64,000 bases of DNA, from positions 10,974-74,973 of the forward strand of contig PBKA01000010.1 in the NCBI GenBank assembly GCA_002721305.1, read 5' to 3'. The position numbers were made by a program, and so were the translations under genes. How positions within the stretch are numbered: the stretch's first letter is position 1; the number at the start of each line of letters is the position of its first letter. The notes below the pieces were generated by a model. It saw only the letters and a list, made by a program, of their open reading frames with translations, was not told the DNA's origin and searched no databases. This document shows, piece after piece, positions 46,734-54,441 of the stretch. Source of the DNA: Acidimicrobiaceae bacterium (GTDB lineage: Bacteria > Actinomycetota > Acidimicrobiia > Acidimicrobiales > Poriferisodalaceae).

Positions 46734-47963
46734 GTGCTAGCCGTGCCGGCGTCTGATGATCCAACTAATTCGTCGACACCATGGGACACAGTGCTATTGG
46801 TCACCGTTCTGGTACTAACGATGGCTTTAGGTGCCTTTCCGATTGTTGGAACCGCGGTCGTTGCGAACGCTCTGGCAGACGACTTAAAGATGTCACTCAC
46901 ATTGTTTGGTGCAGGTGTAGCGGTCAACACGCTGTTCGGTGCAGTGTTTGCACCTCTTTCCGGTCGGTTCAGTGACCGCCACGGGGGTAAGTGGTCATGT
47001 GTTCTTGTTCTAATTTCATCGGGAATCGGCACATTGATTTTGGCTTGCGCGACATCAGCCTCTGTCTTGATTCTTGGCCTCTTTGTCTCGAGTTACGGAC
47101 AAGGAGCTTGTAATCCCGCAACCAACAAACTGGTTGCCGAACGGGCTCCACCTGGTCGTCGAGGAACCATGACCGGCATTAAACAATCCGGAGTGCAACT
47201 GGGAATCCTGTTAGGAGGATTCACGCTCCCTGCGTTGAGTATTTGGCTCAATTGGCGAATTGCCATAGGGCTGTACGCGGTAACAGCGCTGTTGGTGGCT
47301 GGCCTTACTGTCATAGCTCTGCCTGACAGCCGGGACCGAACTCCGCCAAACACCGGATCCCATCAAACGTCATCAAAGACAAAGCTTCCTCGTTCTGTCT
47401 CGTTGTTAGCGTTTTACGCCCTATGTATGGGGTGTGTCGTAGGTGGCGTCGGAAGGTACACGGTTCTTTTCGCAGAGAACGCGTTGGCCATGTCAAACGT
47501 TAAGGCGGGCCTTGTAGCCGGTCTTCCCGGAGGAATAGCTATAGGTACCCGAATCATTTGGGCCCACCTCGCCGAACACAGAATAAGACCTCCAATCGCA
47601 CTAGCGATCCAATCCTCGTTGACAGCTCTCGTCATGCTGATGCTTTGGATTGCGGTGGCTGTCGGTTCTTGGATCATGTGGCCGGTTGCGGTGATATCGG
47701 CAGTCGGATTGAACGCTTGGAATGCGGTAGCGATGCTCTACGTGATTATCGGTGTACCACAACAAAACTCTGGTCGAGCCAGTGGTCGAGTCGTGATGGG
47801 GTTCATGTCCGGTCTGACCATCGGCGGGTTCTTTACAGGCCTCGCGGTTGACGTGACGGGAGCCTACGAAACAGCTTGGGCCTCGCTGTTTGTTCTGTCA
47901 GTCATAGCCACTCTTCTGGCTTGGCGGAGTGGTAAGGATCAGCACGGCTCGTCTTTGAACTAA
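46734..47963 (+). CDS. MFS transporter
   Basis: About 12 predicted hydrophobic segments and the loop 2-3 motif GRFSDRHGGK. Start uncertain: the ORF-track ATG 46710 would overlap the divergent dehydrogenase start by 8 nt, and GTG 46734 is an alternative. Confidence 0.8.
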   Translation: MLAVPASDDPTNSSTPWDTVLLVTVLVLTMALGAFPIVGTAVVANALADDLKMSLTLFGAGVAVNTLFGAVFAPLSGRFSDRHGGKWSCVLVLISSGIGTLILACATSASVLILGLFVSSYGQGACNPATNKLVAERAPPGRRGTMTGIKQSGVQLGILLGGFTLPALSIWLNWRIAIGLYAVTALLVAGLTVIALPDSRDRTPPNTGSHQTSSKTKLPRSVSLLAFYALCMGCVVGGVGRYTVLFAENALAMSNVKAGLVAGLPGGIAIGTRIIWAHLAEHRIRPPIALAIQSSLTALVMLMLWIAVAVGSWIMWPVAVISAVGLNAWNAVAMLYVIIGVPQQNSGRASGRVVMGFMSGLTIGGFFTGLAVDVTGAYETAWASLFVLSVIATLLAWRSGKDQHGSSLN

Positions 47964-49318
47964 AATCGGAAAGCTGCCGCAGGATGAGTGGATGGAAGCC
48001 GATCTCGTCCGAACAGCTTTTTTCGAAGACTTCCTGCAACGTATTCGCGTTGAGCAATACCGCGCTCTTGAAGGATAGGGACGACCCCGTCAACGAAATC
48101 AACGAAAGTTCCCGGCGTCACTGTGTAGGTCAAATTAAACCCGTCCAGCCCCGAGTTGAAGCGTCTTTCCAGTTCGTCCGCGACCTGCTCAACTGAACCA
48201 GTCAACCAAGCACCGGCCAAATTCGACTTGATCAAGTCACCCATAGTTCTGGTACCTGGGGGGGCTGAATCCAAGAGATTTTTGATGAATCCTTGAACCC
48301 GCTCTGTGGCAAAGGTCTCCAAGGGTTGATCCGGGTCAACGTCGCCGAGATCCACTCCAAGGTTTCCGCTGATGTGAGCTAACCCAGCCTCGACCGAGAG
48401 ATTTTCTTTGTACTCTGCGCGTTTAGCCAAAGCCTCGGTCTCCGTTCCTCCAACGATAGGAGCTACCCCGCCAATCAACTTGATGTCGGTGGTTGACCTT
48501 CCGTACGAGAGAGCTCGTTGATGTAGATCCTCGGCTATCGCTTCGCCACTACGAGAAGATCCAACAACAAAAATGCATTCAGCGTGTTGAGCGGCGAACA
48601 TTCGGCCCCGTTCTGACATGCCAGCTTGAAATAACATGGGTGTCCGTTGCGGGGATGGAGAGGACAGATGGGGGCCAGCCACGTCAAAATATTGACCATG
48701 ATGATTGATCTCGCGCACACGACCGGGTTCCACATAAACCCGTCGTTCCGAGTCATTGACCACGGCATCATCCGCCCAACTTCCCTCTAAAAGCTTGTAA
48801 ATAACTTCCAGATACTCCTCCGCCCTGGAATATCGCTCCTCGTGCGGTGGTAAACCGTCGAAACCGAGGTTGCTCCCGGCGTTGGGTAGATATGAGGTAA
48901 CAACATTCCAAGCCACTCGACCTGTTGTCAGATGATCCAGAGTCGAAAGTTGACGGGCGAAAGTGAAGGGATGAGCCTGCAGGACCGAACTTGTAAAAGC
49001 GAAACCAAGATGTTGGGTAACAGAAGCCATTGCTGGGATAAGAAGCATTGGGTCATTGACTGGGACCTGCATTGCCTCTTGGAAAGAGGTACTCGCCCCT
49101 CCTTTGTAGTTGTCGTAAAGACCGATTACGTCAGCGAGAAAGATGGTGTCAAGGCAACCTTTCTCGGCGACCTGAGCTAGTTCCAACCACGGTTCCAAAG
49201 AATTGAATTCGGTTTGGCGAGTATCACCTCTAGTCCACATGCCCTGCTGGATGTGGCTTACACAGTTCATGGTGAATGCGTTCAGAATCATGCGCCTGGG
49301 CGGTGAAACCACAGTCAT
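47960..49318 (-). CDS. FMN-dependent LLM monooxygenase of the NtaA/SnaA/DszA family
   Basis: N-terminus ILNAFTMNCVSHIQQGMWTRGDTRQTEF... is typical of that family; 452 aa. Confidence 0.8.
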   Translation of the reverse strand: MTVVSPPRRMILNAFTMNCVSHIQQGMWTRGDTRQTEFNSLEPWLELAQVAEKGCLDTIFLADVIGLYDNYKGGASTSFQEAMQVPVNDPMLLIPAMASVTQHLGFAFTSSVLQAHPFTFARQLSTLDHLTTGRVAWNVVTSYLPNAGSNLGFDGLPPHEERYSRAEEYLEVIYKLLEGSWADDAVVNDSERRVYVEPGRVREINHHGQYFDVAGPHLSSPSPQRTPMLFQAGMSERGRMFAAQHAECIFVVGSSRSGEAIAEDLHQRALSYGRSTTDIKLIGGVAPIVGGTETEALAKRAEYKENLSVEAGLAHISGNLGVDLGDVDPDQPLETFATERVQGFIKNLLDSAPPGTRTMGDLIKSNLAGAWLTGSVEQVADELERRFNSGLDGFNLTYTVTPGTFVDFVDGVVPILQERGIAQREYVAGSLRKKLFGRDRLPSTHPAAAFRF

Positions 49319-49375
49319 AACGGCCAGTCTCGCAGCAAACCGCCGACGGTGTCCTTAAGCTGCAAGAATCGTCTT

Positions 49376-50212
49376 ATGAATGCAGCAACTTTGTCCGGCT
49401 ATATCGAGCTCATCGAAGAACAGGGTTATTGCATTGTAGAAAACGCCTTTGATCAGGAGCTGCTTACATCGGTCAGAGACGCAGTGGCGCGACTTGAACA
49501 AAAGCTTGATGTGCAGCCACGAGGAAATCGAGCTGAGGGTTTTGCGACGAAGCGTATGTACAACTTGTTGGCCAAGGATCGAGTCTTCTGGGATCTCCCT
49601 GTCCATCCGAGCGTGCTTCCCTTCGCCGAACACCTCTTGGATGAAGAGTGCCTCTTATCTGGAACTACCTGCATGAACATAGGCCCGGGAGAAGTTCACC
49701 AGGGGCTACATAGCGACGATGGACTGGTAAGTGTCAGCAGGCCTCGAATTCCGTTCATGGTGACGACCATTTGGGCGTTCACTGACTTTACCGCTGAGAA
49801 CGGAGCGACCCGAGTAGTCCCGGGCTCTCACAAGTTCGACCACGAACCCCGCAAGGGCGAACATGTAGAGCACATACCCGCCGAAATGGAAGCGGGCTCA
49901 ATTCTTATAGTCAACGGTGGTACATGGCACTGTGGTGGGTCTAACACCACAGAGGACGATTGGCGGTTAGGAATCAGCGTCCAATACTGCCAAGGGTATC
50001 TCCGCCAGCAACAGAACCAGTACTACAGCCTCTTACCCGAAGATGTTAGAGAGATGCCCGAGAGGTTGGCTTCTTTGTGCGGTTTCACCCTTTACAAGGG
50101 CATCATGGGTCATGTGGATGGAGCGAGTCCCGGAAGGTTTCTGGGTGCCGCCCGAGCGGACGAAATTGCCTACGCAGCAATGAGAACCGAAAACGGAGTT
50201 GCCGAAAGTTGA
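49376..50212 (+). CDS. phytanoyl-CoA dioxygenase (PhyH) family Fe(II)/2-oxoglutarate oxygenase
   Basis: HxD triad element HQGLHSDD, distal His in GTWHCGG and ENGATRVVPGSH. Confidence 0.8.
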   Translation: MNAATLSGYIELIEEQGYCIVENAFDQELLTSVRDAVARLEQKLDVQPRGNRAEGFATKRMYNLLAKDRVFWDLPVHPSVLPFAEHLLDEECLLSGTTCMNIGPGEVHQGLHSDDGLVSVSRPRIPFMVTTIWAFTDFTAENGATRVVPGSHKFDHEPRKGEHVEHIPAEMEAGSILIVNGGTWHCGGSNTTEDDWRLGISVQYCQGYLRQQQNQYYSLLPEDVREMPERLASLCGFTLYKGIMGHVDGASPGRFLGAARADEIAYAAMRTENGVAES

Positions 50213-50246
50213 GCAGCCCATAGCTTCTGCGATCTAGGTTCGAGTC

Positions 50247-51023
50247 ATGGAGATTAAAGATCGCATAGCAATTATCACAGGAGGTGGCGGCGGCATTGGG
50301 TCGGCCACAGCCCGCAAATGGGTTTCGGAAGGCGCTAGACAAGTAGTGGTAGCTGACTACAACGAGGAAGCAGCCCTCTTAGTTGCCGAACAACTGGGTT
50401 GTACGGGTGTCGGGCTGGACGTGACCGATGAACAAGCTGTAAGTCAGCTGGTTGAAGACACTGAAACCACAAGCGGGCCAGTCGACATCTTCTTTTCGAA
50501 CGCTGGTGCGGGCGCAGAGGGTGGTGTCGAAGCTCCCAATGAGGCCTGGCAGTCGCAATGGGAACTACATGTGATGTCTCACGTGTACGCAGCCCGAGCC
50601 GTACTGCCTTCTATGACAGCGCGAGGGGAGGGCTACCTAGTGCACACGGCCAGCGCAGCCGGCCTTCTCGCAGCAGTCGGTTCGGCTCCGTATTCAGTTA
50701 CGAAGGCAGCGTGCATCAAACTTGCCGAAACACTTGCGATAACCCACGGCGACGACGGAATACGGGTTTCAGTGTTGTGTCCACAGGGAGTAAACACCGC
50801 CATGGCCCCTCGACAACTTGGCGACGGCGGCACAGATGGGATTGTCGAGCCTGATTTCGTCGCCGACAAGATCACACAGGCGATACAAGATGAAGAGTTC
50901 TTGATCTTGTCTCATCCAGAAGTACAAACCTACACGGAACGTAAGGCATCAGATCCTGACAGATGGCTTAACGGCATGCGTCGTCTTCGTAGAAGATCGC
51001 TTGATCTTCTCGAGGGCGCGTGA
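50247..51023 (+). CDS. SDR-family oxidoreductase
   Basis: TGGGGGIGSATA and the catalytic YSVTKAA. Confidence 0.85.
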   Translation: MEIKDRIAIITGGGGGIGSATARKWVSEGARQVVVADYNEEAALLVAEQLGCTGVGLDVTDEQAVSQLVEDTETTSGPVDIFFSNAGAGAEGGVEAPNEAWQSQWELHVMSHVYAARAVLPSMTARGEGYLVHTASAAGLLAAVGSAPYSVTKAACIKLAETLAITHGDDGIRVSVLCPQGVNTAMAPRQLGDGGTDGIVEPDFVADKITQAIQDEEFLILSHPEVQTYTERKASDPDRWLNGMRRLRRRSLDLLEGA

Positions 51024-51958
51024 ACAAGTCCGGCGGACTCCGTCCCAAACCCAGTCAGTCTTCCAACGTCACAACAGTCGGCTTAGTAGTTCTTACAGCA
51101 CTACTGATCGGACTCAATTACACGGTCATGAAGTGGGCCCTAGATCACACCACTCCGCTGGCGCTAGCCGCCCTTCGGACATCCGTCGGCGCCCCATTTT
51201 TGCTAGCGATAGCATTCCTACGCGGAGAAAAGTTGCCCCAAAACCGCCAACAATGGTTGGCCGTCTGGTGGATCTCGCTCTCTATCACAACCGTGTCAAG
51301 CGGATTCCTCGTCCTTGGAATTTCGCGCCTCTCGCCGGGCTTAGCAGCGATGCTGTCGGCAACTATGCCCCTCTTCACGGCCATCATCGCCGTGCTGGTG
51401 CTCGTTGAACTACCGGGGCATCGCGGATATTTTGGACTGCTCATTGGTCTGCTCGGGGCCGTATTTTTGGCCATTCCGGCACTCGGATCAGGCAACACGA
51501 TTCTTGGTATAGCGTTTTCGCTCATTTCCAGCGTCAGTTGGGCAATAGGAGCAGTCCTCAACAAGCGGTTACGGGGGGCACTAGAAATCAGCCCTTTGAT
51601 GCTTGTTGCCCTACAGATCACATTTTCCGCGGTGTGTCTGCACTTAACGGTTCTATTTATTGAAGATTGGTCGGACACCTCAATTAGTTGGGGACTCATA
51701 GTGCCGTTGTTATATGCGGGCATTCCGTCGCTTGCGGTCACGTTCTACCTCTTTGCAAGTGTTCTTCGACGTGCGCCTGCGATACAGGGAGCTGCCGTCG
51801 CGTACCTGACACCCTTCTTTGGTGTGTTGTTTAGTTGGCTCCTCGTCGGTGATCGGCTTGGAGGTGTCGAAATAGTCGGCGGCTTGCTCGTCATCGCAGG
51901 TGTCGCACTTTTGTCTGTTGATCGTCGATCATCAGACCTGCAATCGATTGACGAGTGA
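51020..51958 (+). CDS. DMT-superfamily (EamA-like) transporter
   Basis: About ten hydrophobic segments with two EamA-like halves. GTGA overlap with the SDR gene. Confidence 0.8.
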   Translation: MNKSGGLRPKPSQSSNVTTVGLVVLTALLIGLNYTVMKWALDHTTPLALAALRTSVGAPFLLAIAFLRGEKLPQNRQQWLAVWWISLSITTVSSGFLVLGISRLSPGLAAMLSATMPLFTAIIAVLVLVELPGHRGYFGLLIGLLGAVFLAIPALGSGNTILGIAFSLISSVSWAIGAVLNKRLRGALEISPLMLVALQITFSAVCLHLTVLFIEDWSDTSISWGLIVPLLYAGIPSLAVTFYLFASVLRRAPAIQGAAVAYLTPFFGVLFSWLLVGDRLGGVEIVGGLLVIAGVALLSVDRRSSDLQSIDE

Positions 51959-51973
51959 CGTAGCCTCGGGGCT

Positions 51974-53119
51974 ATGGCAGATAGCGACATTAAGGCAATG
52001 ACGGAAAATCTTGATGCCGTCGAGTTTGATGAAACAGCATTCACTGTCCCCGTTCCTCTAACTGAGGCAAAGGTGGCGATCGTGACTTCTGCATCTCTAC
52101 ATCACCCCGACGACGAAGACTTCTCGCCCATGGACACGGGCTATCGAGTGTTGAAATCCGAGCCTCGCGATTATGTGATGGGGCATTGGAGTCCAAACTT
52201 TGATGTGACAGGCTTCGCGCTGGATATCAACACCGTGTTTCCCATTGACCGTCTCGACGAGTTAGCAGCGCAAGGAGTCATCGGCTCCGTAGCCGAAGAA
52301 CACCTTGCGTATGCGGGTAACCAGTTCGAGTTGTCTGCGATACGGATGGACAGTGGGCCAGCAGGGGCCAAGTTCCTCAAAGAACAAGATGTCGATGTCG
52401 TCTTACTCACCCCTGTCTGACCGTTGTGCACGCGTACCGTGAGTACGCTCGCTCACATATTCGAATCGGAAGGTCTTGCCACCATTGCCTTCGGCTCCAT
52501 CAAATCCCAGATAGAAGCCACAGCGCCTCCGCGAGGACTTTGGTGTGATTTTCCGTTGGGAAGGCCTCTCGGCGTTCCGTCCGACCCAGAGTTCCAACAT
52601 CGGGTGCTGGGGAAGGCCTTTGAGTTGCTCGATAGCCCAGAACCAGTTTTTGCAGAGTATGACATCAGTATCACTGATGACGAGACCGAGGTTTTGGCAT
52701 GTCCAATGCCCCCCCGACATGACCCAGATGCCCACCCGGCGGTCGACGAAGCCAACGGCCTGCGTCCGGCATATGAACGCGCTATTGCTGAATATGGCAA
52801 CCGAGTCGGAGCCGGGAGGGTTGTTCAGGTCGACGATATAACGACCGCGATAGAAGCCTTTGTGAAGATTGCCGAAGGGACTCCGTGGAAAGAAGCTGGA
52901 GTACCCGGAATTCCATCACGAGTGAGTCAAGACATTCGGGGATATTACGAAACAGCGGCGTTAGCACTGTCAGACTATGCACCCCCGGCGTGGGCTGGGA
53001 CGCGTTGGTTCCTAGACCAAACCGAGGCTGGCAAAGTGATCATGGCTGCGAGGCAGGCCATGGCTGACGCGGGTGAACAAAATCCCATTTGGTTCTACAT
53101 GGCTCCGGGGGATCGCTAG
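51974..53119 (+). CDS. glycine/sarcosine/betaine/D-proline reductase selenoprotein B (GrdB/PrdB) family protein; candidate selenoprotein with in-frame UGA at 52418-52420
   Basis: ORFs 51974-52420 and 52424-53119 share one frame and are separated only by TGA CCG. The read-through gives ...DVDVVLLTPV-U-PLCTRTVSTLAHIFESEGLATIAFGS...PPRGLWCDFPLGRPLG..., which matches my memory of single-polypeptide GrdB-like proteins. There is no SD or ATG/GTG start for the second half. Confidence 0.7.
52432..52448 (+). promoter_or_regulatory. SECIS-like hairpin 11 nt downstream of the in-frame UGA
   Basis: Stem GCGTAC (52432-52437), loop CGTGA, stem GTACGC (52443-52448). A possible lower helix pairs TGTGC (52425-52429) with GCTCA (52451-52455), with one mismatch. 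Confidence 0.5.
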
Positions 53120-53127
53120 TCAAGGTT

Positions 53128-54363
53128 GTGATCTTTTCGGTTCAGCCAGTTGAGCACAGATTCTTCGGTTGGCGCGTCGTGGCGGCCGCGTTTACGGTCC
53201 TTTTTGTCGTTTACGGGATCCAGTTCAGTTTTGGCACCTTTGTCGGGGACGTAGTTGATGACACCGGGTGGTCCGAAAATCGGCTCCAATTGATTTTCGC
53301 TATCTACATCGGGTTATACAGCGCTTTATCGGCGATAAGCGGATGGGTCACTGACCGGATGGGACCACGACCCGTGGTGGCAGTAGGGGCGATCTTGTTA
53401 ACTTGCGGCTACCTGCTATGGGCCACCGCTGACAACATTGTTGTTGTTGCTATCGGGATGGCCGTAATCGCTCCCCTTGGAATGAGTTGTTCTTGGGTGC
53501 CTTGCAATGCAACGGTTGTGCGGTGGTTTGTTGTCCGACGAGGTTATGCGACGGCAATCGCAACTGCAGGCGGCAGCCTCGCCAACATTTTGGTCCCACC
53601 GATTGCAGCGGTACTTGTTTCAGCATACGGATGGCGGATAGCGATTCTTGCGATGTCGCTGATGGGCGGTGTCTGCATGTTGCTCAGTTCGATCGTGCTG
53701 GAGCGAGACCCCGAAGGAATAGGACAACACCCTGATGGACGGCCCGCGTCCAGACCCAATCCGGGCGAAGACCTCCTAGAAGGAATGACTCCCGCCGAAG
53801 CATGGAGAAGTCCGACGTATTGGAAGATCTTCGGGATGTACGCACTCACATTTGTTGCGGTGTTCGTGCCATTTGTTCACTGTGTGCAATTCGCCCAGAG
53901 CTTGGGTGCCTCACTTCAAACTGCCTCAACTGTTATCTCGACAATCGGAATCGGTGGTCTGCTTGGCCGCCTTGTGATGGGACCAGTATCTGATCGGATC
54001 GGCAGAAAAAATGCGGTCATGTTGGCCTTGCTCTTAGAGACGGCATCATTTCTGGGAATGGCCGCTACCAACACCTTGTGGCTGTTGTACTTGTCGGCGG
54101 CAACATTTGGGTTTGCTTATGGGGGAGGAGTTGTGGTCTTCCCGCCCCTCGTTGCAGACCTGTTTGGCCGCGCCCATGCTGGGTCAATCGTGGGCAGAAT
54201 CTTCGCGACCGCCGGAGCAATGGCGGCGATTGGCCCCTACACAGCACAGGTGTTGCGCGATGCATTAGGTGACTACAGATGGGCTTTCTTGCTCTCAGGT
54301 ATAGCGAATGGGCTCGCTTTCATGCTCGCAACACGGCTTCCTCGGCATGCCGAACAACCCTAA
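53128..54363 (+). CDS. MFS transporter (oxalate/formate antiporter-like)
   Basis: 12-TM-like profile and the motif GWVTDRMGPRP. I chose GTG 53128, just after the upstream stop; the ORF-track start 53089 overlaps the upstream gene. Confidence 0.8.
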   Translation: MIFSVQPVEHRFFGWRVVAAAFTVLFVVYGIQFSFGTFVGDVVDDTGWSENRLQLIFAIYIGLYSALSAISGWVTDRMGPRPVVAVGAILLTCGYLLWATADNIVVVAIGMAVIAPLGMSCSWVPCNATVVRWFVVRRGYATAIATAGGSLANILVPPIAAVLVSAYGWRIAILAMSLMGGVCMLLSSIVLERDPEGIGQHPDGRPASRPNPGEDLLEGMTPAEAWRSPTYWKIFGMYALTFVAVFVPFVHCVQFAQSLGASLQTASTVISTIGIGGLLGRLVMGPVSDRIGRKNAVMLALLLETASFLGMAATNTLWLLYLSAATFGFAYGGGVVVFPPLVADLFGRAHAGSIVGRIFATAGAMAAIGPYTAQVLRDALGDYRWAFLLSGIANGLAFMLATRLPRHAEQP

Positions 54364-54441
54364 TTGTTTGATCTGACGGCTATGGAGAGGCGCTGACACC
54401 TCTGTCGCTACTAATCTGGAGTTGAAGCAGGAGGGGACACG

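Noticed and set aside
51956-51976. The DMT transporter and the GrdB-like ORF are also in the same frame across a TGA
   Set aside because: They belong to unrelated protein families (membrane transporter versus soluble reductase). A proper ATG follows. I treat it as coincidence.
38618-54363. tRNA-Leu as the attachment site of an integrated genomic island covering the accessory metabolic region
   Set aside because: There is no integrase, transposase, phage or conjugation gene. I saw no direct repeat of the tRNA 3' end by eye further right. The content is purely metabolic. This cannot be excluded without a computed repeat search and comparison with relatives.
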